Source: Candidatus Poribacteria bacterium (GTDB taxonomy: Bacteria > Poribacteria > WGA-4E > WGA-3G). From it: 64,000 nt of DNA. The position numbers and the translations under genes are program-made. The stretch's first letter is position 1. Each line of letters opens with the position of its first letter. Location: positions 256,001 to 320,000 of the forward strand of contig OZ219753.1 of the NCBI GenBank assembly GCA_964291315.2, in the 5' to 3' direction. The notes under the pieces were generated by a model that was not told the origin of the DNA, made no database searches, and was given only the letters and a program-made list of their open reading frames with translations. This document shows, in pieces, positions 18,802-29,871 of the stretch.

Positions 18802-18830
18802 ATTATACCTTAATTTGCCTCGAAAGTCAA
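18802..18830 (-). promoter_or_regulatory. Sigma70 promoter about 330 nt upstream of gltB
   Basis: Minus strand TTGACT-17 nt-TATAAT. Confidence 0.65.
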
Positions 18831-19125
18831 GTAATTTCCTTATATTCTGATAACCACAAGGGGTCCACGTTCTGTAGGAGGCATTGTTTCCGAATGCCCA
18901 CTTCTTTTTTTCCGCTGGTATTTGGGGGATCAAATTGGTTTACCTACCGGTTCTCTCGCTTCGTAGTGTTCGCCGGTGCAGTTCTTTGTATAGGGAACAT
19001 AATGACCCAATCGTTCTAAATCTATAGCATTATCTTAAAATATAATCAAGTTAAAAATATCTGGCGGCTTACTTTTCACGTCTCCATGGAACGGAAGATA
19101 TGCGGCTCCGAATCGCCATTAGATC

Positions 19126-22100
19126 TCACACCGCCATCCCCGCCTCACGATACGTCTGCTCAATCAACGCGATCTCCGCATCTGTTAACTCATACACCCG
19201 ATACACCCACCGGTCTATCTCCCGCTCGATGTCGCGCACGTTATCGCTCTCTGGGGCTGCTAGTATCTGTTCAACGAGACATGATACTTCTGCTTTCTGT
19301 GTATCAGTGCAATCTGCCATAGGAACCTTCTCCATATGTTGCGAAAAGAAAGACAAACCTCCGCCTGCCCACGGGTCGTTGAGACTCTGAAATTTATGGC
19401 GTGCATACCAGTCAAACAGTCTACTATTCAAAATAGCAAGTAAAGGGAGATCATGGGTCGGTATGAAGTGTGTTGAGTTTAATCCGAATGATTTCATTGT
19501 GTCATAGCATGCGTGAATCGATTTTGAAATCTCTGGGTACAAAATCTTAGGTTTTTCAAACTCGGCATAGTATGCACAAGATCGAAGTTCCCAATAAAAT
19601 GTGCCCTGATCGTCCCTTTTGATCAAGCGCTTGCGATAGCCGAGCAAATGTTGATGGATTGCGGGGTAGGCTCTTGCAAAAATCCGTTCTGCCTCTGAGG
19701 TGTTGCTTGCATCTGACCAGGGCCAGTCTCTATTCGCACTGCTCTCTATCGCTATTAGGTATTCATTTGCGGGTATTGCCTTCCATTTACGAAGATTACG
19801 CCCTCTGAGCAAAGGCTTTATGAGCTCATCGCTCTTCGGATCCTCGGAGATCAGCCGCTGCCGCACAGCCGCATCGATGATAAACGCTTTGTTATATCCT
19901 GTCTTCACTCCCATATAAAAACCTTCCTTGACATATTCTCCGAGGGGTGTGCCGGTGGTTTCGAGTTTCCGCAGGAGCTGCAGTGTCTCGGGCGATGCCA
20001 ACGTCCAGCCCTCCGCTGATAAATCACGCGGATGCAGCCGAAACGCCCGCTCCCGAAACGCCACAGACAGCCGCAGCACATCGGACGCATCCCGAAACGT
20101 CGCCACCGAAACAGGCGCTCCGTCTGATGTGGCATTTTCAAGGATCAGGATACAGGTATCCACACTCGCTTTGAAGACAGAGACACTCCCGAAGTCAAGC
20201 AGCCGCTGAATGCGTTGGGTATCGCTGAAAAAGGTACGCAGTTTTCTGCCATACGCTGCCCGCAAAAACTTGTTTGAGGAGATATACGCCAAGATGCCGT
20301 GCCTCCGCAGCAGCTCCGTGCCGCGCTTGTAAAAATAGACGTAGAGGTCTGCGGTGCCGACATACACCTCTGGGAATAGCCGTTTGTAAGTCGGCTTCAT
20401 CGCTTTGATAAGTTCTTGTCGCACATAAGGCGGGTTGCCAATCACAATGTCAAAACCGCCCGCTTGGAAGACCTCCGGAAACTCCACCTGCCAGACAAAC
20501 GCCTCCTCCGGGGCATCTTGCCAGCCTTGAAGATCCGCTCGGAGTGCGGCGATCTCCGCTCGGAGTGCCTCTTTCTTTGCGTCCCCGTGTGTGATGAAAT
20601 AGTCCGCTTGTTTCTCCTGTATCGCTTGGATCAACGGCCTTTCAAGCGTCAGCTGTTCGGGGGTTGCACCGGTCAAACTGTCTCCGGTTGCAACCTTATA
20701 GTCCAAGTTCGGCAGCGGTTCCGGTACGGCACCTTCATAGTCTACTGTGAGGCTCAGCCAGAGGCGCAACATCGCGATGTTGACTGCGAAGCCGTCTCTG
20801 TCCACACCGTAAAGGTTCTTCCGAATAATCTCCAGTTTGCGTTCATACACCGTACGAGTATCGGTCTGATCGCTTTGGAACAGAGCATCGCGCAGGCGGA
20901 GCAGTTCGCCCATCATCCCGAGTAGATACGCACCGCTCCCACACGCAGGATCACACACCCGTAAGTTCTGCAGCACCGCTAACACGCCCTCTGAATCGCG
21001 GATCCCCGTGGCATCGCCACCGTCTACGAATTGTGTCAGGCAAGCCGCGGTTTCTGCTGTCTGCTTCTGCAAGCAGAGCTTCAGGCTCTCCCGACACATG
21101 AAGGAGACAACCGCACGCGGCGTGTAGTAGCTCCCACTGGCGTGCCGCCCCGTGACCAGTTCCTCAAACACCTTACCCAGCATCTCGGGATCCACTGCAA
21201 CCTCTATGTCTAGCGGCGTGGACTCGGTGATCGTGAAGTTATAACGTTCAAAGAGATTGAGGATTTCAGCGAAGGTGTCGTTCGGCAGATCCACGGCGTG
21301 TTGTTCATCATACGGCTGCATCTCGAAGAGGCCACCGTTGAGGAACGGCACATCGCCGCGCCGGGTGCGCGCGGCGGCATCTTCGGCATCGGACTGGCCG
21401 GCAGGATTGCTGAGACCGTGGAAGAAGACGTAATAGAGCCGGTCGTTGAGCAAGCTCTCTGTGTGAGGCTCCTTGTACTTATCAGAGATTACCCCCCCCG
21501 CTTCTTGTCGATTCCGCACTGCCAGACGACGATTCTATACCCACCGCCGCCTCATACAACGCACGGAAGTAGTCCCGACGACCCGCATACCGCAACCAAC
21601 CTTTTCTCTCAAGAAAACGCAGAAACATCAAACGATTCAACAGACGCTGCGTATACAGACGACGCTCATCCGCCTCGCTCTTTGGGATCCCTGACAGTGC
21701 CGCCTCCACTAATTCGAAGACGCTCCTATACTCACGGAAAAACTGATCCGTCACAGCCGCCACATCAAACGCACGCTGCCATTTAGCAACCCACGCTTGC
21801 GGAGAGGAAAAACCGCCACGCGGAAAAATAAGGGCCGGCAGGTTGTATTCACACAGCGTCCGAAGGTGCGTATCCCCACGATCCCACGAGAATATAGACA
21901 GCACCGCATCCTGCCAAGACGCACCCGCACCTGAAAAGTGGGCAAACGCAAACCGATGAAAATCAGCAGTCGTGCAGATGAATAGCAGATGATCCAGCTC
22001 CCACGCAGGCAACCGTGCATCTCGGGTGCGCCTTTCAACCAGACCCCGCAGAACCCGCCGCAACTCCGTGCGATACACCCGCTCGCTACTGAATTCAACA

Positions 22101-22360
22101 AAGAAGATGCCCCACGGCTGCGAGCCGACCTCGGGAGAAAATCCCAACGCCTCGCGCGCGAACGGCGGCAGCTGATCACACGCAACAAGGCGTGCCTCAG
22201 ACGTTTCATCAAGCTCCAGCTCTGATGACGACCACGGGAAGGCTATCTCTCCGAGCGTCACGTCTTCAGGGATAGGCCATTCGAGGGTTTGGCGAAAAAA
22301 CGCCAACAGTGTCTCGAAGTCAGTTATAGTATCAACAGCTTCAACGGTTATATATGACAT
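19126..22360 (-). pseudogene. Type IIG (Eco57I/TaqI-C-like) restriction-modification gene split by a +1 frameshift at a G8 tract
   Basis: ORF 21482-22360 (N-part, RLLNRLMFLRFL) and ORF 19126-21519 (PFLNGGLF, LGKVFEEL, GSYYTP, DPACGSG, NPPY, TaqI_C-like TRD) overlap at G8 (21492-21499); G7 would fuse them. Confidence 0.85.
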
Positions 22361-22490
22361 TGGTATTCCTCAAGGGTTAGCTCACAGGACTTTCCTGTTG
22401 AACAGATTGTCGGTTTCACTACGTTCAGCCATATCACCTATTGTTTGGCATGCGATGATATAAACAGTTAACGCATCGACAGAGATATAA

Positions 22491-23171
22491 TTACCGTTTT
22501 ATTGCCACCGAAATACCGTCTCTGAGCGGGATGATCGTTGTGAATACTTCTGGTGAATTGTAGAGAAGCCGAGTCATTTCTTTAACACCAACGGTGGTAG
22601 TGTGAAGCCATTGTTCCTGCTCGTCGAGTCCTTCTGTTGCACTATCCGGCTCCTGCGTGAGGACACGTCCTCCCCACAGCATATTGTCTGTGATAAACAG
22701 CCCGCCGTGCCTGAGGCGTGGAATTGCTTTCTGAAACGCTTTGGGATATCCGTCTTTATCAATATCGTTATAGATAATGTCAAATTCGCCCTGGGTTGCG
22801 TCTATAATTTCAAGGGCGTTGCCGACGCGATAATCGATGCGGTCTGCAACGCCGCCACGGGCAAGATACCCGGCAGCGCGCTCTGCGTTGGCCTGCGATC
22901 CATCGGTACAAATGATAGTGGCTTCCGGTTTCTGTAGTGCCTTCGCCATCCAATACGCCGAATAGCCGAAGCCCGAGCCCATTTCGAAAATTCGAGTCGG
23001 ATTGGTGAGCAGGACTAATTGATGCAAGACGCGCCCTACCAGCGGGCCCACGATGGGAAATCGATTTTCCCGGGCATGCTCCTCCATTTCTGCGAGAACT
23101 TCGTCGCGTTCAGGAATAATGTCGAGTAAGTAGTTATCAATTGAAGGATGAAGAATGTTCAAACGTTGCAT
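22491..23171 (-). CDS. SAM-dependent O-methyltransferase (COMT/CCoAOMT-like)
   Basis: IFEMGSGFGYSA, FDIIYNDIDK..YP, DNMLWGG, PLRDG. Confidence 0.92.
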   Translation of the reverse strand: MQRLNILHPSIDNYLLDIIPERDEVLAEMEEHARENRFPIVGPLVGRVLHQLVLLTNPTRIFEMGSGFGYSAYWMAKALQKPEATIICTDGSQANAERAAGYLARGGVADRIDYRVGNALEIIDATQGEFDIIYNDIDKDGYPKAFQKAIPRLRHGGLFITDNMLWGGRVLTQEPDSATEGLDEQEQWLHTTTVGVKEMTRLLYNSPEVFTTIIPLRDGISVAIKR

Positions 23172-23654
23172 AAATATCTCCTTTTTTCAATCAGGCACTT
23201 CTCTCAGTCCCCGATCAGCACATATACACCCGGTGTTAACGACCTGGGCACCCGAGCTCCTGGCAGAGCTGCATGAATTATTTCAAGGCGGACAAGTTGG
23301 CAATGGCTTTCTAACTGTACCGCCTCGGCATGAGATTTTCCGATGTCCACAACCCGATAATCGCACACCACGCGGTATTTGTTCGTGATTTTTCTGAAGG
23401 TTGCCAAGAAGAGAGGCGATTCGATTGTCTCTATCATAGCAGCTTTTTAGTTGGAGGACAACAAAAAAGTGCGTAACGGATTGACTTTAGATTCTAAATC
23501 TATTATCCTATTGAGATAGGGCGATTGGGTTTTGGTGTTTTCCTGTTTCTATGGAAGAAGGTAGTCCCTTCTCTTTGTAGGACGGAATTCCTACTCCCGA
23601 CTGCTATAAACTATAGATAGAATTTGGAAATTCCTTTTGCAGCAAGACAGGAAA

Positions 23655-23683
23655 TTGACAAAAATAAAAAAATAGAATATGAT
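23655..23683 (+). promoter_or_regulatory. Sigma70 promoter for sulfatase-peptidase-mobA
   Basis: TTGACA-17 nt-TATGAT. Confidence 0.6.
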
Positions 23684-23886
23684 TTAAGAATATCGAGCAG
23701 GGAAGAGATCAAGATTTGGAAATTCCTTCTGTAGAAGAGAAAACGTATCTGCTGGAGAGCAGTCTACACGGAGATTGTTTGCCCGGAAACGGACCATGGG
23801 TTGAAGATACGTCAGCAAAACCACATATTTAGAGGATAAAGAACAACTACTCCTAGGCTATCAAGGCGGCCTTATAGGATCCTAAG

Positions 23887-25266
23887 ATGACTCGAAAAAT
23901 GGATAGACCGAACGTTCTCTTTATCATGTCAGACCAGCACCGTTACGATTATCTGGAAACTGATGAAAACGCGCCTACCGTCCTCCGTACTCCGAGCTTG
24001 CGCCGTTTAGCAGAACGAGGCGTGAGTTTCCGGAACTGTACCGTGAACGCTCCAGTCTGTGCACCATCACGTATTGCCCTTGCATCCGGACTGCAGCCCT
24101 CACGTGTAGGGGCAGTAGACAACGGGAGTTTTTTACCGTCTACTGTTCCCACTTACTATCAACAGCTCCGTGACCACGGTTACCATGTTGGATGTGTCGG
24201 CAAACTCGACCTTGCCAAGCCTGATGGGTATAACGGACGTTATGGTGATCGACCGCGTACTTATAGTTGGGGTTTCACACATCCGGAAGAGTGTGAAGGC
24301 AAGATGCACGCTGGAAGTTCACCAATACCTATTGGTCCTTACACCCACTACCTTGAGGAAAAACGGTTGCTCAGGGCGTTTCATGAAGACTATCGGAAAC
24401 GCAGTAGCAGCGGTTGGATTAAAAACGCATCTCACGATTCTGTCCTTTCAACGGAGGATTTCGCTGATGTCTACATCGGTAGACGAGCGACTGAATTTAT
24501 TGAGCTCATTCCGTACGATTTTCCGTGGCACCTGTTCGTCAGTTTTGTCGGCCCCCATGATCCTTTTGATCCGCCAACTGAATACGGTGATAAGTACCGG
24601 GATGCCGAGACACCTGCTATTATTGCTGACAATATGGACAGGAAACCCGACTGGGTGAAACGACGCGTTATTGATATAAGCCCCGAGGAAATGGCAATAA
24701 CACGCCGACAATATTGTGCCGCTATCGAGCTAATCGATAACCAAATCGGTGAGATACTGCATGCACTTGAAAAACGCGGAATGCTCGACAATACTTACAT
24801 CATTTATTCAAGTGATCACGGCGAAATGCTTGGTGACCATGGACTTTACACCAAGAGCGTTGCCTACGAAGCATCGCTTAGAGTGCCGCTTATTGCTGCT
24901 GGACCCGACATTGAAGGGAATCGAATATCAGGCAGTTTGGTTGAATTAATCGATCTGAATCCGACGATATGCGAATTGGTTGGTGTGCCCGTGTTGCCAA
25001 GTATTGATGCGAAGTCTATCGTGCCCGTTCTGCACGGTAAAACTGAAACACATCGCACTGAAGCTGTGAGTGCGCTCCGAAACTTCCGATGTATTCGTAC
25101 GACAACACATAAACTTATCGAAAACTACAACGATGTGACGGAATTGTACGATTTGGAGAATGATCCTTCGGAACTGCACAATATCGCAACATCGGAACAA
25201 GAAATCGTCAGAGTCCTCAGTGGGCGTTTAGGAAGACGGTTCCGATCGGAGTTAGGGGCCGCCTAA
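23887..25266 (+). CDS. Formylglycine-dependent sulfatase (S1)
   Basis: PNVLFIMSDQHR, CAPSR FGly motif, PHDPFDPP, SSDHGEMLGDHG, ELYDLENDP. Confidence 0.95.
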   Translation: MTRKMDRPNVLFIMSDQHRYDYLETDENAPTVLRTPSLRRLAERGVSFRNCTVNAPVCAPSRIALASGLQPSRVGAVDNGSFLPSTVPTYYQQLRDHGYHVGCVGKLDLAKPDGYNGRYGDRPRTYSWGFTHPEECEGKMHAGSSPIPIGPYTHYLEEKRLLRAFHEDYRKRSSSGWIKNASHDSVLSTEDFADVYIGRRATEFIELIPYDFPWHLFVSFVGPHDPFDPPTEYGDKYRDAETPAIIADNMDRKPDWVKRRVIDISPEEMAITRRQYCAAIELIDNQIGEILHALEKRGMLDNTYIIYSSDHGEMLGDHGLYTKSVAYEASLRVPLIAAGPDIEGNRISGSLVELIDLNPTICELVGVPVLPSIDAKSIVPVLHGKTETHRTEAVSALRNFRCIRTTTHKLIENYNDVTELYDLENDPSELHNIATSEQEIVRVLSGRLGRRFRSELGAA

Positions 25267-25275
25267 TAAATTCCA

Positions 25276-26439
25276 ATGGATATGGATGTCACTTACAATG
25301 CTAAACGTGTATACCAACACATCAAACATCTTGCTTTTCCAAGATTGGTTGGCAGTGCGGGCGAGGTAAAAGCGCGAACCTACATTGTTAAGCAGTTTAC
25401 GGCGTTCGGATTGGAAGTCTCGCAAGAAACTTTTTCTTTCACAAAATTTCCGTCCGAAGTGTTACCGCGTATCTTGTGCGGATTCTTTGTGCTTATAGTC
25501 CTCTCTGTACCGTGGTTCGGTGAACGGTTCCCGCTACCGGTATGTTTAGCCTGTTTTGTGAGTCTTTCGCTATCCATGTTCTTGACCCAATGGCAGAAAC
25601 GGCTTGAAGGCTTGTATGATGTCGGTCGGAAGTACAATTCAGCAAACGTTATTGCAACAAACAGTACGAAACAAGGGCGTGATGTCTCGGCTTTGCTTTT
25701 CGTGGCGCACTACGATTCTAAATCACAAGTATTACCTATCGCCGTGCGAGCAGCAGCTTATGGCGTCGCGCTCCTCGGGCTCATCGGACTCACAGTCGTG
25801 ACAGTGGTTAAGGTTGTTACCCTTGTGTGGCTGCCCGATTATATTGTCTGGAGCCTCGCTGGAATTACTACTTTCTGTCTCTTGCTTCTGCAAATCAATT
25901 TGACACAGAACCGTTCCCCTGGCGGTTTCGATAATGCTTCCGGTGTTGGCGTTATGCTCGAAGTCGCACGCGTGGTGATGGCGCGTGATGTGGGGAGGCC
26001 TATAACCTTCCTTGCTGTTGGTGCAGAAGAGTACGGTATGTGCGGTGTGGTACGCTATATGCAAAAGCATGCTGACAAATACGATCGTAATCGTACCTAT
26101 GTTATCAACTTAGATGGCCTCGGCGTTGGAGAGACTGTCAATGTTATCACACGTTACGGTATTCCACCAGTCCACACGACCCGTACGTTGGCTAAGGTGT
26201 TGCAGACATCGGGTGAATCTCTCGGAATACAAGTGTCGGAACGTTATCTGCCGATCGGTGTCGGATTGGATAGCATTCCGATTGCGAGTCGTGGTTTTGA
26301 AGCAGTCACGTTAACGGCAGGAGGTGTCAGTAGCGTTGCTTTGAAAATCCACTCAAAAGAGGACAAAAGTGGCCTGCTCAATGTAAGAAGTCTCCAACAG
26401 ATAGGCGAGCTGATTACCTATGTCATTGAACGCGTCTAA
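25276..26439 (+). CDS. Membrane-embedded M28 family metallopeptidase
   Basis: RLVGS.GE, AHYDS, GFDNASG, GAEEYG, INLDG, IHSKED; four TM inserts. Confidence 0.88.
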   Translation: MDMDVTYNAKRVYQHIKHLAFPRLVGSAGEVKARTYIVKQFTAFGLEVSQETFSFTKFPSEVLPRILCGFFVLIVLSVPWFGERFPLPVCLACFVSLSLSMFLTQWQKRLEGLYDVGRKYNSANVIATNSTKQGRDVSALLFVAHYDSKSQVLPIAVRAAAYGVALLGLIGLTVVTVVKVVTLVWLPDYIVWSLAGITTFCLLLLQINLTQNRSPGGFDNASGVGVMLEVARVVMARDVGRPITFLAVGAEEYGMCGVVRYMQKHADKYDRNRTYVINLDGLGVGETVNVITRYGIPPVHTTRTLAKVLQTSGESLGIQVSERYLPIGVGLDSIPIASRGFEAVTLTAGGVSSVALKIHSKEDKSGLLNVRSLQQIGELITYVIERV

Positions 26440-27064
26440 AAGAACGTCTCCGATCACGGGTGTTATTCTTGCGGGCGGTGAGAGCCGGCGGATGGGAAAA
26501 AACAAAGCGTTGCTGCAGCTTGCAGGCAACTCTCTTGTTGGGCATGTTATCCGGCGTATGCACATCGTTACGGACGAACTCCTCCTTATCACCAATAGTC
26601 CCTCGGAATATGCACACTTAAGTCTCCCAACGTACGAAGATATTTTCCCAAATACTGGGGCGTTGGGAGGCATCTATACCGGTTTATCGTACGCTTCACA
26701 CGATGCTGTGCTTTGTGTTGCATGCGATAGTCCGTTTTTAGAACCGAAACTGCTCACCTATCTTGTCTCCTATTTGGGCGGATATGAGGCGGTGATGCCT
26801 TATACCTTCTGCAAGGACGCAAGACAGACGATACTCCAGCCATTGTGCGCCGCTTATTCTAAGCGCTGTCTACATCTCATCGAATTGATGTTTCAGGAAT
26901 CTGAATTGCGCGCGCACGCCTTCCAAGAACGAGCACGTGTGAAACGCGTGCCGCCTGACATCTGGCAACGCTTTGATCCAGACGGCACATCGTTTTTCAA
27001 CATTAATACACCTGAGGATTTTGACCGCGCACAGGCCTATATACAAGCACAGACTCAGCAATAA
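26420..27064 (+). CDS. mobA: Molybdenum cofactor guanylyltransferase
   Basis: ILAGGESRRMG.NKALL, GALGGI, VACDSPF, QPLCAAY, FFNINTPED. Confidence 0.93.
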   Translation: MSLNASKRTSPITGVILAGGESRRMGKNKALLQLAGNSLVGHVIRRMHIVTDELLLITNSPSEYAHLSLPTYEDIFPNTGALGGIYTGLSYASHDAVLCVACDSPFLEPKLLTYLVSYLGGYEAVMPYTFCKDARQTILQPLCAAYSKRCLHLIELMFQESELRAHAFQERARVKRVPPDIWQRFDPDGTSFFNINTPEDFDRAQAYIQAQTQQ

Positions 27065-27111
27065 ATTAACGCTCACATTCCGCACTTAAAAGACCGGCCA
27101 AAAACGATAGT

Positions 27112-27528
27112 TTAAGATGAAGTCTGCCGACCAACGCCTTCCTCTTCACATTGGGGACAGGTGTTGCACAGGTGCCTATTTACGAGATGCGCAGATGCCA
27201 ATAGAATGCCGCCTACACTGTGGAAGACAACCTCAAATGTACCTTCAATCGTCGTCCGCCCAATAATAATAAATGCTAGCGCCACTACTAGTATCAGAAA
27301 CGCGCGCCAACTTCTATGGTGACGAACACCCCACGCTAAACTTCCAACTGCAAGCGCAGCTGCTACGGTGATTATAGTCTTTTCGGCAGACTCAGTCGCG
27401 AGGAATCCCAAACCAACTAGGGGCAAAACTACTATCCAAAATGGCATCGCAAGGCAATGCACTGCACATGCAAAAGAGAGGCATGCGCCGGTGTTATCTA
27501 CTAATGCTTGATTAAAACGAGTTTTCAA
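27112..27528 (-). CDS. MerC-domain membrane protein
   Basis: D..GACLSFACAVHCLAMP; four TMs; AHLVNRHLC; C-terminal CxxC. Confidence 0.88.
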   Translation of the reverse strand: MKTRFNQALVDNTGACLSFACAVHCLAMPFWIVVLPLVGLGFLATESAEKTIITVAAALAVGSLAWGVRHHRSWRAFLILVVALAFIIIGRTTIEGTFEVVFHSVGGILLASAHLVNRHLCNTCPQCEEEGVGRQTSS

Positions 27529-27594
27529 TGGGCCTCCTAAAAAAACGAAGGCGAAGAATTTACTTCGGGCTCATTCCTCGCCTTCTCCTTTGAA

Positions 27595-29859
27595 CTAAAA
27601 ATTAAGTTTGTATAGAAATTTCAGATTCCGCCCGGGTTCTGGCATCACCAATTTGATACGAGACAAATGTTCACGGTATTCTGTGTCAAGAAGATTCTCA
27701 ATCTCGAAAACCAACGTGTTGCCAACCTGCAGCCACGAAAAATTAAAGTGGCACCCGACATCATACACGACATATCCATCGGTCGCTTCCTCAAATTCTC
27801 CGAGACGCGTCTGGCTTCCTGAAAAACGGCTGTTTGCGTAGAAATGAAACGGTGAAGGAGTGTAGCTCAAACCCACCTTTCCATTGAACGGCGGAATACG
27901 CTCCAAGGGACGACCACTGCTTTCAATCGTTCCATCAACGTAACTCATGTTGAGCTGCAGATGGATTTGTGGAATCACCTCGCCACTCAGCTGAAGCTCG
28001 GCACCGTTCATCACAACATCGTGTTCCATATACTGATAAATCCACAACCATCCGGCAGCACCGCTACCCCACTCTTTTTTACCCGTCTGGGTTGGAGCGA
28101 GGTAGTTAGAGATGCGGTTTTGAAACACAGCCAAATTCAGTTTGAACCTATCAGCTGAATATCTTGCAAAGAATTCTGCACCGTAACCGGCCTCAGGTTG
28201 AAGCTCCGCATTGCCAATTTCATACGAAAACACCGCCAGATGCGGACCATCGCTGAAGAGCTCCTCAATGCCCGGAGCCCGAAAAGTCTTCATCAAAGTA
28301 ACACCGGTACTGAACCTATCGCTCCAATCGTAAATGCCAGAGCTTGCTCCTGATACCCCGTTGAAATCACGACGCTGAACAGTTCCGGCTCGGATAACCG
28401 TGCCGGGTCTAAACGGTTCTGAACGCCTAACATCGTAACGGATTGCTCCTTGTAACGTGAATTTATCGAAGTTATGCTGATTTAGATAAAAGCCGGCGGC
28501 TGCGAATTCTCGGGTGTGCGGAGTCCAGTAGAACCCGCCTGTTGCATGATCCCGATATTCACCAGATATGCCCGTAATCGCATTGCCCAAGCCATAAGCC
28601 ATCGCTGAAAAATTGTAAGTGAGCAGGCCAAATTCCACACCTAATGACCCGTTTGACTCTAGCTCTTGATGCTGATAACGAGTATAGGCAGACTGGATTT
28701 TTACCTTCTCAAGCAGTGATCTATTAAAACGATACTCCAGCTGGCCCTCATAACGTTGGCGTTCCAACTCAATATTAACACCGCTAATATGACCTTCCGG
28801 CGACCCCGGAACACCGTAATCGGAACGGTAACTGCTCCCAGAGACACCGATGAAACCCCAAGGCCTAATCAACGAAGTACCGCCTGAAACATTAACGTTC
28901 GAAAGTGACGTATTGTCGATCGCACCTATTGGTGTTTCTGTATCAGCCGCAAGCCGCCGATTCCATTCTAAATTTCCGGCAAAATTACCGACCGGAATCG
29001 TCAAACCCGTCGTACCTGTCAACCCTGAATTCACAGATTCACCTTGAAATGTTAAGTTCATATTGACTTGTTCGGGTAAAATTTGACGGATGTTGTTGCT
29101 TTTGACATTGATAATCCCACCCAATGTGCTCGAACCATACAGAAATGATGCCGGCCCCCGCACGATCTCAATACTTTCCGCAGTCGTGGGATCAATCGAT
29201 ACAACATGATCAGCACTAGATGCTGATTTATCACCAGTACGCTCACCGTTTTCAAGGATAAGCAGCCTGTTCCCCCCTAAACCACGAATCACAGGGCGCG
29301 CAATCGCTCGCCCCATCGTCCGTTGCGATACACCGATCTCGTTCGCCAACGTGTTTGCTAAGGTCATACCAACCCGTTTTTCAAGCTCAGCCTCTCCGAG
29401 CACTAAATCGGTAGTCCTCTCAAGCTGGGAAAGCTCGCGCTTCCAACCATAAACCCAAAGCGTTTCTAATTGAAACGGGAGTTCCTCCAACGAAATCTGA
29501 ATATGAGGAGTTGACGCATCAACAGCTATCGTCCGTTCAAACTGACGATAACCGACTTTCATAAAGCGAAACGTTTGCAGACCCTCCGGCACTTCCGAAA
29601 GCTTAAATTGACCATTCGCATCGGTCTTCACACCCCTTTCAAGCCCACTAACACGCACAGTAACCCCAACGAGACGTATGTGACTACGGGATGCAACAAC
29701 CGTTCCCACAAGGCTCCGCGTTGGACCTTGAACACTTTCATCATCGCCAAAGCAGGAACAGAGACATATGAACTCCGTCATCAACACGAATAGGTAGGGA
29801 TACTTAAAAAGCATCCCTACTACTGAAGAACGGCGCGAACAGCTACAAGGCTGTAACAT
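27595..29859 (-). CDS. TonB-dependent receptor (ZnuD-like metal uptake)
   Basis: N-terminal carboxypeptidase-like domain, plug RPVIRGLGGNRL, IEIVRGPASFLYGS, FRAPGIEELFSDGPH, ENLLD..YREHLS, C-terminal PGRN...F. Confidence 0.93.
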   Translation of the reverse strand: MLQPCSCSRRSSVVGMLFKYPYLFVLMTEFICLCSCFGDDESVQGPTRSLVGTVVASRSHIRLVGVTVRVSGLERGVKTDANGQFKLSEVPEGLQTFRFMKVGYRQFERTIAVDASTPHIQISLEELPFQLETLWVYGWKRELSQLERTTDLVLGEAELEKRVGMTLANTLANEIGVSQRTMGRAIARPVIRGLGGNRLLILENGERTGDKSASSADHVVSIDPTTAESIEIVRGPASFLYGSSTLGGIINVKSNNIRQILPEQVNMNLTFQGESVNSGLTGTTGLTIPVGNFAGNLEWNRRLAADTETPIGAIDNTSLSNVNVSGGTSLIRPWGFIGVSGSSYRSDYGVPGSPEGHISGVNIELERQRYEGQLEYRFNRSLLEKVKIQSAYTRYQHQELESNGSLGVEFGLLTYNFSAMAYGLGNAITGISGEYRDHATGGFYWTPHTREFAAAGFYLNQHNFDKFTLQGAIRYDVRRSEPFRPGTVIRAGTVQRRDFNGVSGASSGIYDWSDRFSTGVTLMKTFRAPGIEELFSDGPHLAVFSYEIGNAELQPEAGYGAEFFARYSADRFKLNLAVFQNRISNYLAPTQTGKKEWGSGAAGWLWIYQYMEHDVVMNGAELQLSGEVIPQIHLQLNMSYVDGTIESSGRPLERIPPFNGKVGLSYTPSPFHFYANSRFSGSQTRLGEFEEATDGYVVYDVGCHFNFSWLQVGNTLVFEIENLLDTEYREHLSRIKLVMPEPGRNLKFLYKLNF

Positions 29860-29871
29860 GAACCTTTCTCC

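Noticed and set aside
23204-23437. 77-aa ORF as a RelE-like toxin remnant
   Set aside because: Only a vague N-terminal resemblance; no antitoxin or conserved motifs; cannot be supported
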